Shown here one piece after another: positions 1 to 11,899 of a DNA stretch of 64,000 nt (its first letter is position 1; the number at the start of each line of letters is the position of its first letter). The notes under the pieces are model-generated. The model saw only the letters and a program-made list of their open reading frames with translations. It was not told the origin of the DNA and made no database searches. The stretch lies in assembly GCF_009914755.1 (NCBI RefSeq), contig NC_060933.1; one strand, given 5' to 3'. This stretch comes from the human T2T-CHM13v2.0 reference genome, Homo sapiens. A program made the position numbers and the translations under genes.

Positions 1-417
1 CCATTCCATTCAAGTTGAATCCATTCCATTGCATTCCATTCCATTCGATTCCATTCGATTGCACTCGGGTTGATTCCATTCCATTGCATTCCATTCCATT
101 CCATTCCATTCCATTCCGTTCCATTCCATTCCATTCCATTCGGATTGATTCTATTCAATTCCCTTACACTCCGTTATATTCCAATCCATTCTGGTTGTTT
201 CCATTCCATTCCATTCCATTTCACTCCGTTCCATTGCACTCGGGTTGATTCCATTCCATTCCATTCCATTGCATTCCATTCCATTCCATTCCGGATGATT
301 CCATTCCATTGCATTCCATTCCATTCCATTCCGGATGATTCCATTCCATTGCATTCCATTCCATTCCATTCCCCTGAACTCGCGTTGATTCCATTCCATT
401 CCATTCCATTCCATTCC

Positions 418-432
418 ATTCCGGAAGATTCC
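418..432. promoter_or_regulatory. Perfect three-unit heat shock element aTTCc-gGAAg-aTTCc (representative of ~24 per 36-kb unit)
   Basis: Seen: ATTCCGGAAGATTCC fits nTTCn-nGAAn-nTTCn exactly. Established: this is the HSF1 trimer consensus, and HSF1 binds Satellite III on heat shock. Function of this particular site is inferred. Confidence 0.55.
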
Positions 433-619
433 ATTCCATTGCATTCCATTCCATTCCATTCCCCTGCACTCGCGTTCATTCCAATCCATTCCATTCCATT
501 CCATTCCGTTCCGTTCCATTCCATTCCATTCCATTCCATTCCATTCCATTCCATTCCGTTCCGTTCCGTTCCATTCCATTCCATTCCATTCTATTCGGGT
601 TAATTCCATTCCATTCCAT

Positions 620-633
620 TCGATTGCAATCGA
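620..633. other. Perfect 14-bp palindrome TCGATTGCAATCGA (representative of ~18 per unit)
   Basis: The sequence equals its own reverse complement and recurs ~20 bp downstream of TTCGGGTTAATT. Confidence 0.9.
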
Positions 634-2726
634 GTTGATTCCATTCCATTCCATTCCATTCCATTCCATTCCATTCCATTCCTTTCCATTCCATTACGGA
701 TGATTCCATTCCATTGCATTCCATTCCATTCCATTCCCCTGTACTCGGGTTGATTCCATTCCAGTCCATTCCAATCCATGCCATTCCACTCGTGTTGATT
801 CCATTCTTTCCATTCCATTCAAGTTGAATCCATTCCATTGCATTCCATTCCATTCGATTCCATTCGATTGCACTCGGGTTGATTCCATTCCATTGCACTC
901 CATTCCATTCCATTTCATTCCATTCCATTCCTTTCCATTCCATTCCATTCCATTCCATTCCATTCCATTGCAATCGAGTTGATTACTTTCCATTCCTTTC
1001 CATTCCATTCCATTGCCTTGCATTGCACTCGGGTTGATTCCATTCCATTGCACTCCATTCCATTCCATTCCATTCCATTCCACTCCATTCCAGTCCTTTC
1101 CATTCCATTCCACTCGGGCTGATTCCAATGTATTCCTTTCCATTCCATTCCATTCCATTGCAATCGAGTTGATTCCATTGCTTTGCATTCCATTCCATTC
1201 CATTCCATTCCGGATGATTCCATTCCATTGCATTCCATTCCATTCCATTCCCCTGCACTCGGGTTGATTCCATTCCATTCCACTCCATTCCGTTCCATTC
1301 CATTCCATTCCATTGTATTCGGGTTAATTCCATTCCATTCCATTCCATTCCATTAAAATCGAGTTGATTCCATTCCGTTCCATTCCATTCCATTCCATTC
1401 CATACCAGTCCTTTCCATTCCCTTCCACTCGGGTTGATTCCATTCTATTAGTTTCCATTCCATTCCATTCCCTTCCATTCCACTCTGGTTGATTCCATTC
1501 CTTTCCATTCCACTCGAATACATTCCCTCCTATTCCACTAGGAACGATTCCATTCCATTCCATTCCATTCCATTCCATTCCATTCCATTCCATTCCATTT
1601 CGTTCCATTCCATTACACTCGGGTTGATTCCATTCCATTCCATTCCATTCCATTCCTTTCCATTCCATTCCATTACATTCGGATTGATTCCATTCAATTC
1701 CCTTACACTCCATTATATTCCATTCCATTCGGGTTGTTTACATTCCATTCCATTCCATTCCACTCCATTCCAATGAACTCGGGTTGATTCCATTCCATTC
1801 CATTCCATTCCATTCCATTCCATTCCATTCCTTTCCGGATGATTCCGTTCTATTACATTCCCCTGCACTCGGGTTGATTCCATTCCATTCCATTCGATTC
1901 CATTCCATTCCAATTCGTTCCATTCCATTCTATTCCGTACCATTCCATTCCATTCCATACCGTTCCGTTCCGTTCCGTTCCGTTCCGTTCCATTCCATTC
2001 CATTCCATTCTATTCGGGTTAATTCCATTCCATTCCATTCCATTCCATTCCATTCCATTCCATTCTATTCCATTCCATTGCAATCGAGTTGAATCCATTG
2101 CATTGCATTCCATTCCATTCCATTCCATTCCATTCCATTCCATTCCATTCCGGAAGATTCCATTCCATTGCATTCCATTCCATTCCATTCCCCTGCACTC
2201 GCGTTGATTCCATTCCATTCCATTCCATTCCATTCCGTTCCGTTCTGTTCGATTCCATTCCATTCCATTCCATTCCGTTCCGTTCCATTCCATTCCATTC
2301 CATTCTATTCGGGTTAATTCCATTCCATTCCATTCGATTGCAATCGAGTTGATTCCATTCCATTCCATTCCATTCCATTCCATTCCATTCCATTCCATTC
2401 CTTTCCATTCCATTACGGATAATTCCATACCATTGCATTCCATTCCATTTCAATCCCCTGTACTCGGGTTGATTCCATTCCATTCCATTCCATTCCCCTG
2501 CAGTCGGGTTGATTCCATTCCATTCCATTCCATTCCATTCGATTCCATTCCATTCCAATTCTTTCCATTCCATTCCGTTCCGTTCCGTTCCGTTCCGTTG
2601 CATTCCATTCCATTCCATTCTATTCGGGTTAATTCCATTCCATTCCATTCCATTCCATTCCATTCTATTCCATTCCATTGCAATCGAGTTGAATCCATTG
2701 CATTTCATTCCATTCCATTCCTTTCC

Positions 2727-2741
2727 ATTCCGGAATATTCC
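2727..2741. promoter_or_regulatory. HSE variant aTTCc-gGAAt-aTTCc (also at 24489 and 29551)
   Basis: ATTCCGGAATATTCC keeps all nine consensus bases and contains the 10-bp palindrome ATTCCGGAAT. Confidence 0.5.
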
Positions 2742-5700
2742 ATTCCATTGCATTCCATTCCATTCCATTCCCCTGCACTCGCGTTGATTCCATTCCATTC
2801 CATTCCATTCCGTTCCGTTCCGTTCCATTCCATTCCATTCCATTCCGTTCCGTTCCATTCCATTCCATTCTATTCGGGTTAATTCCATTCCATTCCATTC
2901 CATTCCATTCCATTCCATTCCAATCGAGTTGATTCCATTCCATTCCATTCCATTCCATTCCACTCCATTCCAGTCCTTTCCATTCCATTCCACTCGGGTT
3001 GATTCCATTGTATTCCTTTCCATTCCATTCCATTCCATTGCAATCGAGTTGATTCCATTGCTTTGCATTCCATTCCATTCCATTCCATTCCGGATGATTC
3101 CATTCCATTGCATTCCATTACATTCCATTCCCCTGCACTCGGGTTGATTCCATTCCATTCCACTCCATTCCGTTCCATTCCATTCCATTCCATTGTATTC
3201 GGGTTAATTCCATTCCATTCCATTCCATTCCATTCCATTCCAATCCTTTACAATCGAGTTGATTCCATTCCATTCCATTCCATTCCATTCCATTCCATTC
3301 CATTCCATTCCTTTCCATTACATTACGGATTATTCCATTCCATTGCATTCCATTCCATTCCATTCCCCTGTACTCGGGTTTATTTCAATCCATTCCATTC
3401 CATTCCATGCCATTCCACTCGTGTTGATTCCATTCTTTCCATTCCATTCAAGTTGAATCCATTCCATTGCATTCCATTCCATTCGATTCCATTCGATTGC
3501 AGTCGGGTTGATTCCATTCCATTGCATTCCATTCCGTTCGGTTCCATTCCATTACTTTCGGATTGATTCTATTCAATTCCCTTACACTCCATTACATTCC
3601 ATTCCATTCGGGTAGTTTCCATTCCATTCCATTCCATTCCTCTCCATTCCATTGCACTCGGGTTGATTCCATTCCATTCCATTCCATTCCATTCCATTCC
3701 ATTCCATTCCATTCCGGATGATTCCATTGCATTGAATTCCATTCCATTCCATTCCCCTGCACTTGGGTTGATTCCATTCCATTCCATTCCATTCCTTTCC
3801 GTTCCATTCCATTCCATTCAATTCCATTCCATTCTATTCGTGTTAATTCCATTCCATTCTATTCCATTCCATTCCATTGAAATCGAGTTGATTTCATTCA
3901 ATTCCATTCAATTCCATTCCATTCTGGATGATTCCATTCCATTGCATTCCATTCCATTCCATTCCCCTGCACTCGGGTTGAATCCATTCCATTCCATTCC
4001 ATTACATTCCGTTCCATTCCATTCCATTCTATTCGGGTTAATTCCATTCCATTCCATTCCACTCCATTCCAGTCCTTTCCATTCCATTCCACTCGGGTTG
4101 ATTCCATTCTATTCCTTTCCATTCCATTCCATTCCATTGCAATTGAGTTGATTCCATTCGAGTTGAATCCATTCCATTCCATTCCATTCCATTACATTGC
4201 ACACAGGTTCATTCCATTCCATTCCATTAAATTCCATTCCATTCCATTTCATTCCATTCCATTCTATTCCGTAAAATTCCATTCCATCCCATTCCATTCC
4301 ATTCCATTCCATTCCATGCCATTGCACTCGGGTTGATTCCATTCCTTTCCATTCCATTCTTGTTGAATCCATTCCATTCCATTCCATTCCATTCCATTCG
4401 AATCCATTCCATTGCACTCGGGTTGATTCCATTCCATTCCACTCCATTCCATTTCATTCCATTCCATTCTATTACATTCGGATTGATTCTATTCAATTCC
4501 CTTACACTCCATTACATTCCATTCCATTTGGGATGTTTCCATTCCATTCCATTCCATTCCATTCCACTCCATTCCATTGCATTGGGTTGATTGCATTCCA
4601 TTCCATTCCATTCCATTCCGGATGATTCCATTCCATTGCATTCCATTCCATTCCATTCCCCTGCACTCGGGTTGATTACATTCCATTCCATTCCCTTCCA
4701 TTCGTTTCCATTCCATTCCACTCCATTGCAATCGAGTTGATTCCATTCCATTCCATTCCATTCCATTCCATTCCATTCCATTCCATTCCATTCCGGATGA
4801 TTGCATTCCATTGCATTCCATTCCATTCCATTCCCCTGCACTCGGGTTGATTCCATTCCATTTCATTCCATTACATTCCGTTCCATTCCATTCCATTCCA
4901 TTCTATTCGGGTTAATTCCATTCGATTCCATTAAAATTCCATTCCATTCCATTCCATTGCAATCGAGTTGATTCCATTCCATTCCATTCCATTCCATTCC
5001 AATCGATTTGATTCCATTCCATTCCATTCCATTCCACTCCATTCCAGGCCTTTCCATTCCATGCCACTCGGGTTGATTCCATTCTATTCCTTTCCATTCC
5101 ATTCCATTCCTTTGAAATCGAGTTGATTCCTTTCGAGTTGAATCCATTCCATTCCATTCCATTCCATTCCATTCCATTCCATTCCATTCCATTTCGTTCA
5201 ATTCCATTCTATTCCGTACTATTCCATTCCATTCCATTCCATTCCATTCCATTCCATTCCAATCGTGTTGATTCCATTCCTTTCCCTTCCATTCGGTTTG
5301 AAGCCATTCCATTCCATTCAATTCCACTCCATTCCATTCCATTCCATTCCATTCCATTCCATTCCATTCCATTCCATTGTATTCGGGTTGATTCCATTCC
5401 ATCGCATTCCATTCCATTCCATTCCATTCCATTCCGTTCCATTCCATTCCATTACATTCGGATTGATTCTATTCAACTCCCTTACTCTCCATTACATTCC
5501 ATTCCATTCGGGTTGTTCCATTCCATTCCATTCCATTCCACTCCATTCCATTGCACTCGGGTTGATTCCATTCCATTCCATTCCATTCCATTCCGGATGA
5601 TTCCATTCCCTTGCATTCCGTTCCATTACATTCCCCTGCACTCGGGTTGATTCCAATCCATTCCATTCCATTCCATTCCATTCGATTCCATTCCATTCCC

Positions 5701-6919
5701 CTGCCCTCGCGTTGATTCCATTCCATTCCATTCCATTCCATTCCATTCCATTCCATTCCATTCCAATCCTTTCCGTTCCTTTCCATTCCATTCCATTCCA
5801 TTCCGTTCCGTTCCGTTCCATTCCATTCCATTCCATTCTATTCGGGTTAATTCCATTCCATTCCATTCGATTGCAATCGAGTTGATTCCATTCCATTCCA
5901 TTCCATTCCATTCCATTCCATTCCTTTCCATTCCATTACGGATTATTCCATTCCATTGCATTCCATTCCATTCCATTCCCCTGTACTCGGGTTGATTCCA
6001 TTCCATTCCATTCCAATCCATGCCATTCCACTCGTGTTGATTCCATTCTTTCCATTCCATTCAAGTTGAATCCATTCCATTGCATTCCATTCTATTCGAT
6101 TCCATTCGATTGCACTCGGGTTGATTCCATTCCATTGCATTCCATTCCATTCCATTCCATTCCATTCCATTCCATTCCGTTCCATTCCATTACATTTGGA
6201 TTGTTTCTATTCAACTCCCTTACTCTCCATTACATTCCATTCCATTCGGTTTGTTCCATTCCATTCCATTCCATTCCACTCCATTCCACTGCACTCGGGT
6301 TGATTCCATTCCATTCCATTCCATTCCGGAAGATTCCATTCCATTGCATTCCATTACATTCCATTCCCCTGCACTCGCGTTGATTCCGTTCCATTCCATT
6401 CCATTCCATTCCATTCCATTCCATTCCATTCCTTTCCGTTCCATTCCATTCCATTCCATTCCGTTCCGTTCCGTTCCGTTCCGTTCCATTCCATTCCATT
6501 CCATTCTATTCGGGTTAATTCCATTCCATTCCATTCGATTGCAATCGAGTTGATTCCATTCCATTCCATTCCATTCCATTCCATTCCATTCCATTCCATT
6601 CCTTTCCATTCCATTACGGATGACTCCATTCCATTGCATTCCATTCCATTCCATTCCCCTGTACTCGGGTTGATTCCATTCCATTCCATTCCATTCCATT
6701 CCATCCATTCCAATCCATTCCATTCCATTCCGGATGATTCCATTCCATTGCATTCCGTTCCATTACATTCCCCTACACTCGGGTTGATTCCATTCCATTC
6801 CATTCCATTCCATTCGTTTCCATTCCATTCGAATTCTTTCCATTCCATTCTATTCCGTACCAATCCATTCCATTCCATACAATTCCATTCCATTCCATTC
6901 CATTCCATTCCATTCCATT

Positions 6920-7770
6920 CCATTCCGTTCCGTTCCGTTCCGTTCCGTTCCATTCCATTTTATTCCATTCTATTCGGGTTAATTCCATTCCATTCCATTC
7001 CATTCCATTCTATTCCATTCCATTGCAATCGAGTTGAATCCATTGCATTCCATTCCATTCCATTCCATTCCATTCCATTCCATTCCGGAAGATTCCATTC
7101 CATTGCATTCCATTCCATTCCATTCCCCTGCACTCGCGTTTATTCTTTTCAGTTCCATTCCATTCCATTCCATTCCATTCCATTCCGTTCCGTTCCATTC
7201 CATTCCATTCCATTCCATTCCGTTCCGTTCCATTCCGTTGCATTCCATTCCATTCCATTCTATTCGGGTTAATTCCATTCCATTCCATTAGAATGCAATC
7301 GAGTTGATTCCATTCCATTCCATTCCACTCCATTCCATTCCATTCCATTCCGTTCCGTTCCGTTCCGTTCCGTTCCATTCCATTCCATTCCATTCTATTC
7401 TGGTTAATTCCATTCCATTCCATTCCATTCCATTCTATTCCATTCCATTGCAATCGAGTTGAATCCATTGCATTCCATTCCATTCCATTCCATTCCATTC
7501 CATTCCATTCCATTCCATTCCATTCCGGAAGATTCCATTCCATTTCATTCCATTCCATTCCATTCCCCTGCACTCGCGTTTATTCTTTTCAGTTCCATTC
7601 CATTCCATTCCATTCCGTTCCGTTCCGTTCCATTCCATTCCATTCCATTCCATTCCTTTCCGTTCCGTTCCATTCCGTTCCATTCCATTCCATTCCATTC
7701 TATTCGGGTTAATTCCATTCCATTCCATTCGAATGCAATCGAGTTGATTCCATTCCATTCCATTCCATTG
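6920..7770 (+). repeat. ~425-440-bp tandem duplication
   Basis: CACTCGCGTTTATTCTTTTCAG at 7131 and 7571; GAATGCAATCGAG at 7291 and 7731. Confidence 0.8.
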
Positions 7771-10700
7771 CATTCCATTCCATTCCATTCCATTCCATTC
7801 CATTCCATTCCATTCCGTTCCATTACATTACGGATGATTCCATTCCATTGCATTCCATTCCATTCCATTCCCCTGTACTCGGGTTGATTCCATTCCATTC
7901 CATTCCATTCCATTGTATTCCACTCGTGTTGATTCCATTCTTTCCATTCCATTCAAGTTGAATCCATTCCATTGCATTCCATTCCATTCGATTCCATTCC
8001 ATTGCACTCGGGTTTATTCCATTCCATTGCATTCCATTCCATTCCATTCCATTCCATTCCATTCCGTTCCATTCCATTCCATTACATTCGGATTGATTCT
8101 ATTCAATTCCCTTACACTCCATCACATTCCATTCCATTCGGGTAGTTTCCATTCCATTCCATTCCATTCCTCTCCATTCCATTGCACTCGGGTTGATTCC
8201 ATTCCATTCCATTCCATTCCATTCCATTCCATTCCATTCCGTTCCATTGCATTCCATAACTTTCGGATTGATTCTTTTCAACTCCCTTACTCTCCATTAC
8301 ATTCCATTCCATTCGGGTTGTTCCATTCCATTCCATTCCATTCCACTCCATTCCATTGCACTCGGGTTGATTCCATTCCATTCCATTCCATTCCATTCGT
8401 TTCCATTCCATTCCAATTCTTTCCATTCCATTCTATTCCGTACCATTCCATTCCATTCCATACAATTCCATTCCATTCCATTCCATTCCATTCCATTCCA
8501 TTCCGTTCCGTTCCGTTCCATTCCGTTCCGTTCCGTTCCGTTCCATTCCATTCCATTCCATTCTATTCGGGTTAATTCCATTCCATTCCATTCCATTCCA
8601 TTCTATTCCATTCCATTGCAATGGAGTTGAATCCATTGCATTCCATTCCATTCCATTCCATTCCATTCCATTCCATTCCATTCCGGAAGATTCCATTCCA
8701 TTGCATTCCATTCCTTTCCATTCCCCTGCACTCGGGTTTATTCTTTTCAGTTCCATTCCATTCCATTCCATTCCATTCCGTTCCGTTCCATTCCATTCCA
8801 TTCCATTCCATTCCATTCCTCTCCATTCCATTGCACTCGGGTTGATTCCATTCCATTCCATTCCATTCCTTTCCATGCCATTCCATTCCGTTCCATTCCA
8901 TTCCATTACTTTCGGATTGATTCTTTTCAACTCCCTTACTCTCCATTACATTCCATTCCATTCGGGTTGTTCCATTCCATTCCATTCGGGTTGTTCCGTT
9001 CCATTCCATTCCATTCCACTCCATTTCATTGCACTCGGGTTGATTCCATTGCATTCCATTCCATTCCATTCCATTCCGGATGATTCCATTCCATTGCATT
9101 CCGTTCCATTACATTCCCCTGCACTCGGGTTGATTCCATTCCATTCCATTCCATTCCGTTCGATTCCATTCCATTCCCCTGCACTCGCGTTGATTCCATT
9201 CCATTCCATTCCATTCCATTCCATTCCATTCCATTCCTTTCCGTTCCATTCCATTCCATTCCGTTCCGTTCCGTTCCATTCCATTCCATTCCATTCTATT
9301 CGGGTTACTTCCATTCCATTCCATTCGATTGCAATCGAGTTGATTCCATTCCATTCCATTCCATTCCGTTCCATTCCATTCCATTCCATTCCTTTCCATT
9401 CCATTACGGATGATTCCATTCCATTGCATTCCATTCCATTCCATTCCCCTGTACTCGGGTTGATTCCATTCCATTCCATTCCAATCCATGCCATTCCAAT
9501 CGTGTTGATTCCATTCTTTCCATTCCATTCACGTTGAATCCATTACATTGCATTCCATTCCATTCCATTCCCCTGCAGTCCGGTTGATTCCATTCTATTC
9601 CATTCCATTCTATTCCATTCCATTCCATTCCATTCCGGATGATTCCATTCCATTGCATTCCATTACATTCCATTCCCCTGCACTCGGGTTGATTCCATTC
9701 CATTCCACTCCATTCCGTTCCATTCCATTCCATTCCATTGTATTCGGGTTAATTCCATTCCATTCCATTCCATTCCATTCCATTCCATTCCATTCCATTC
9801 CAATCCTTTACAATCGAGTTGATTCCATTCCATTCCATTCCATTCCATTCCATTCCATTCCATTCCATTCCTTTCCATTACGTTACGGATTATTCCATTC
9901 CATTGCATTCCATTCCATTCCATTCCCCTGTACTCGGGTTTATTTCAATCCATTCCATTCCATTCCATGCCATTCCACTCGTGTTGATTCCATTCTTTCC
10001 ATTCCATTCAAGTTGAATCCATTCCATTGCATTCCATTCCATTCGATTCCATTCGATTGCAGTCGGGTTGATTCCATTCCATTCCATTACATTACTTTCC
10101 GTTCCATTCCATTCCATTCCATTCGGATTGATTCTATTCAATTCCCTTACACTCCATTACATTCCATTCCATTCGGATAGTTTCCATTCCTTTCCATTCC
10201 ATTCCTCTCTATTCCATTGCACTCGGGTTGATTCCATTCCATTCCATTCCATTCCATTCCATTCCATTCCATTCCATTCCATTCCATTGTACTCGGGTTG
10301 ATTCCATTCCATTGCATTACATTCCATTCCATTCCGTTCCATTCCATTCGTTTACATTCGGATTGATTCTATTCAACTCCTTTACTCTCCATTACATTCC
10401 ATTCCATTCGGGTTGTTCCATTCCATTCCATTCCATTCCACTCATTTCCATTGCACTCGGGTTGACTCCATTCCATTCCATTCCATTCCATTCCGGATGA
10501 TTCCATTCCATTGCATTCCGTTCCATTACATTCCCCTGCACTCGGGTTGATTCCATTCCATTCCATTCCATTCCATTCGATTCCATTCCATTCCAATTCT
10601 TTCCATTCCATTCTATTCCGTACCATTCCATTCCATTCCATACAATTCCATTCCATTCCATTCCATTCCATTCCATTCCGTTCCGTTCCGTTCCGTTCCG

Positions 10701-11899
10701 TTCCACTCCATTCCATTCCATTCTATTCGGGTTAATTGCATTCCATTCCATTCCATTCCATTCTATTCCATTCCATTGCAATCGAGTTGAATCCATTGTA
10801 TTCCATTCCATTCCATTCCATTGCATTCCATTCCGGAAGATTCCATTCCATTGCAATCCATTCCATTCCATTCCCCTGCACTCGCTTTGATTCCATTCCA
10901 TTCCATTCCATTCCATTCCATTCCGTTCTGTTCCGTTCCATTCCATTCCATTCCATTCCGTTCCGTTGCGTTCCGTTCCATTCCATTCCATTCTATTCGG
11001 GTTAATTCCATTCCATTCCATTCGATTGCAATCGAGTTGATTCCATTCCATTCCATTCCATTCCATTCCATTCCATTCCATTCCGTTCCATTCCATTCCA
11101 TTACATTCGGATTGATTCCATTCAATTCCCTTACACTTCATTACATTCCATCCCATTCGGGTAGTTTCCATTCCATTCCATTCCATTCCTCTCCATTCCA
11201 TTGCACTCGGGTTAATTCCATTCCATTCCATTCCATTCCATTCCATTCCATTCCATTCTATTCCATTGTACTCGGGTTGATTCCATTCCATTGCATTCCA
11301 TTCCATTCCATTACGTTCCATTCCATTCCATTATATTCGGGTTGATTCTATTCAACTCCCTAACTCTCCATTACATTCCATTCCATTCATGTTGTTCCAT
11401 TCCATTCCATTCCATTCCAATGCATTCCATTGCACTGTGGCTGATTCCATTCCATTCCATTCCATTCCATTCAATTCCGGATGATTCCATTCCATTGCAT
11501 TCCGATCCATTACATTCCCCTGCACTCGGGTTGATTCCATTCCATTCCATTCCATTCCATTCCATAGCATTCCATTCGATTCCATTCCATTCCAATTCTT
11601 TCCATTCCATTCAATTCCGTACCATTCCATTCCATTCCATACAATTCCATTCCATTCCATTCCATTCCATTCCATTCCATTCCGTTCCGTTCCATTCCAT
11701 TCCATTCCATTCTATTCCATTCCATTCCATTCCATTCCATTCCATTCCGTTCCATTCCTTTCCATTCCATTCTATTCCATTCTATTCCATTCCATTGCAA
11801 TCGAGTTGAATCCATTGCATTCCATTCCATTCCATTGCATTCCATTCCGGAAGATTCCATTCCATTGCATTCCATTCCATTCCATTCCATTCCATTCCA

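Noticed and set aside
419-429. STAT (GAS) or ETS site in TTCCGGAAGA
   Set aside because: GAS needs TTC-N3-GAA and the spacer here is 2. The ETS core CCGGAAG is present but lacks the preferred following T/C, so the HSE reading fits better.
1537-1551. (A/C)GGAACGATTCC and CGGAAGGATTCC (~27038) as additional HSEs
   Set aside because: GAA-to-TTC spacing is 3 rather than 2, and there is no correctly placed upstream TTC.
2019-3188. Longest ORF (389 aa, - strand) and all other MEWNG- or IPFHS-repeat ORFs
   Set aside because: A 5-bp repeat lacking stop codons yields the same 5-aa repeat in all frames. The ORFs overlap in every frame, shift with pentamer slippage between units and show no domain content.
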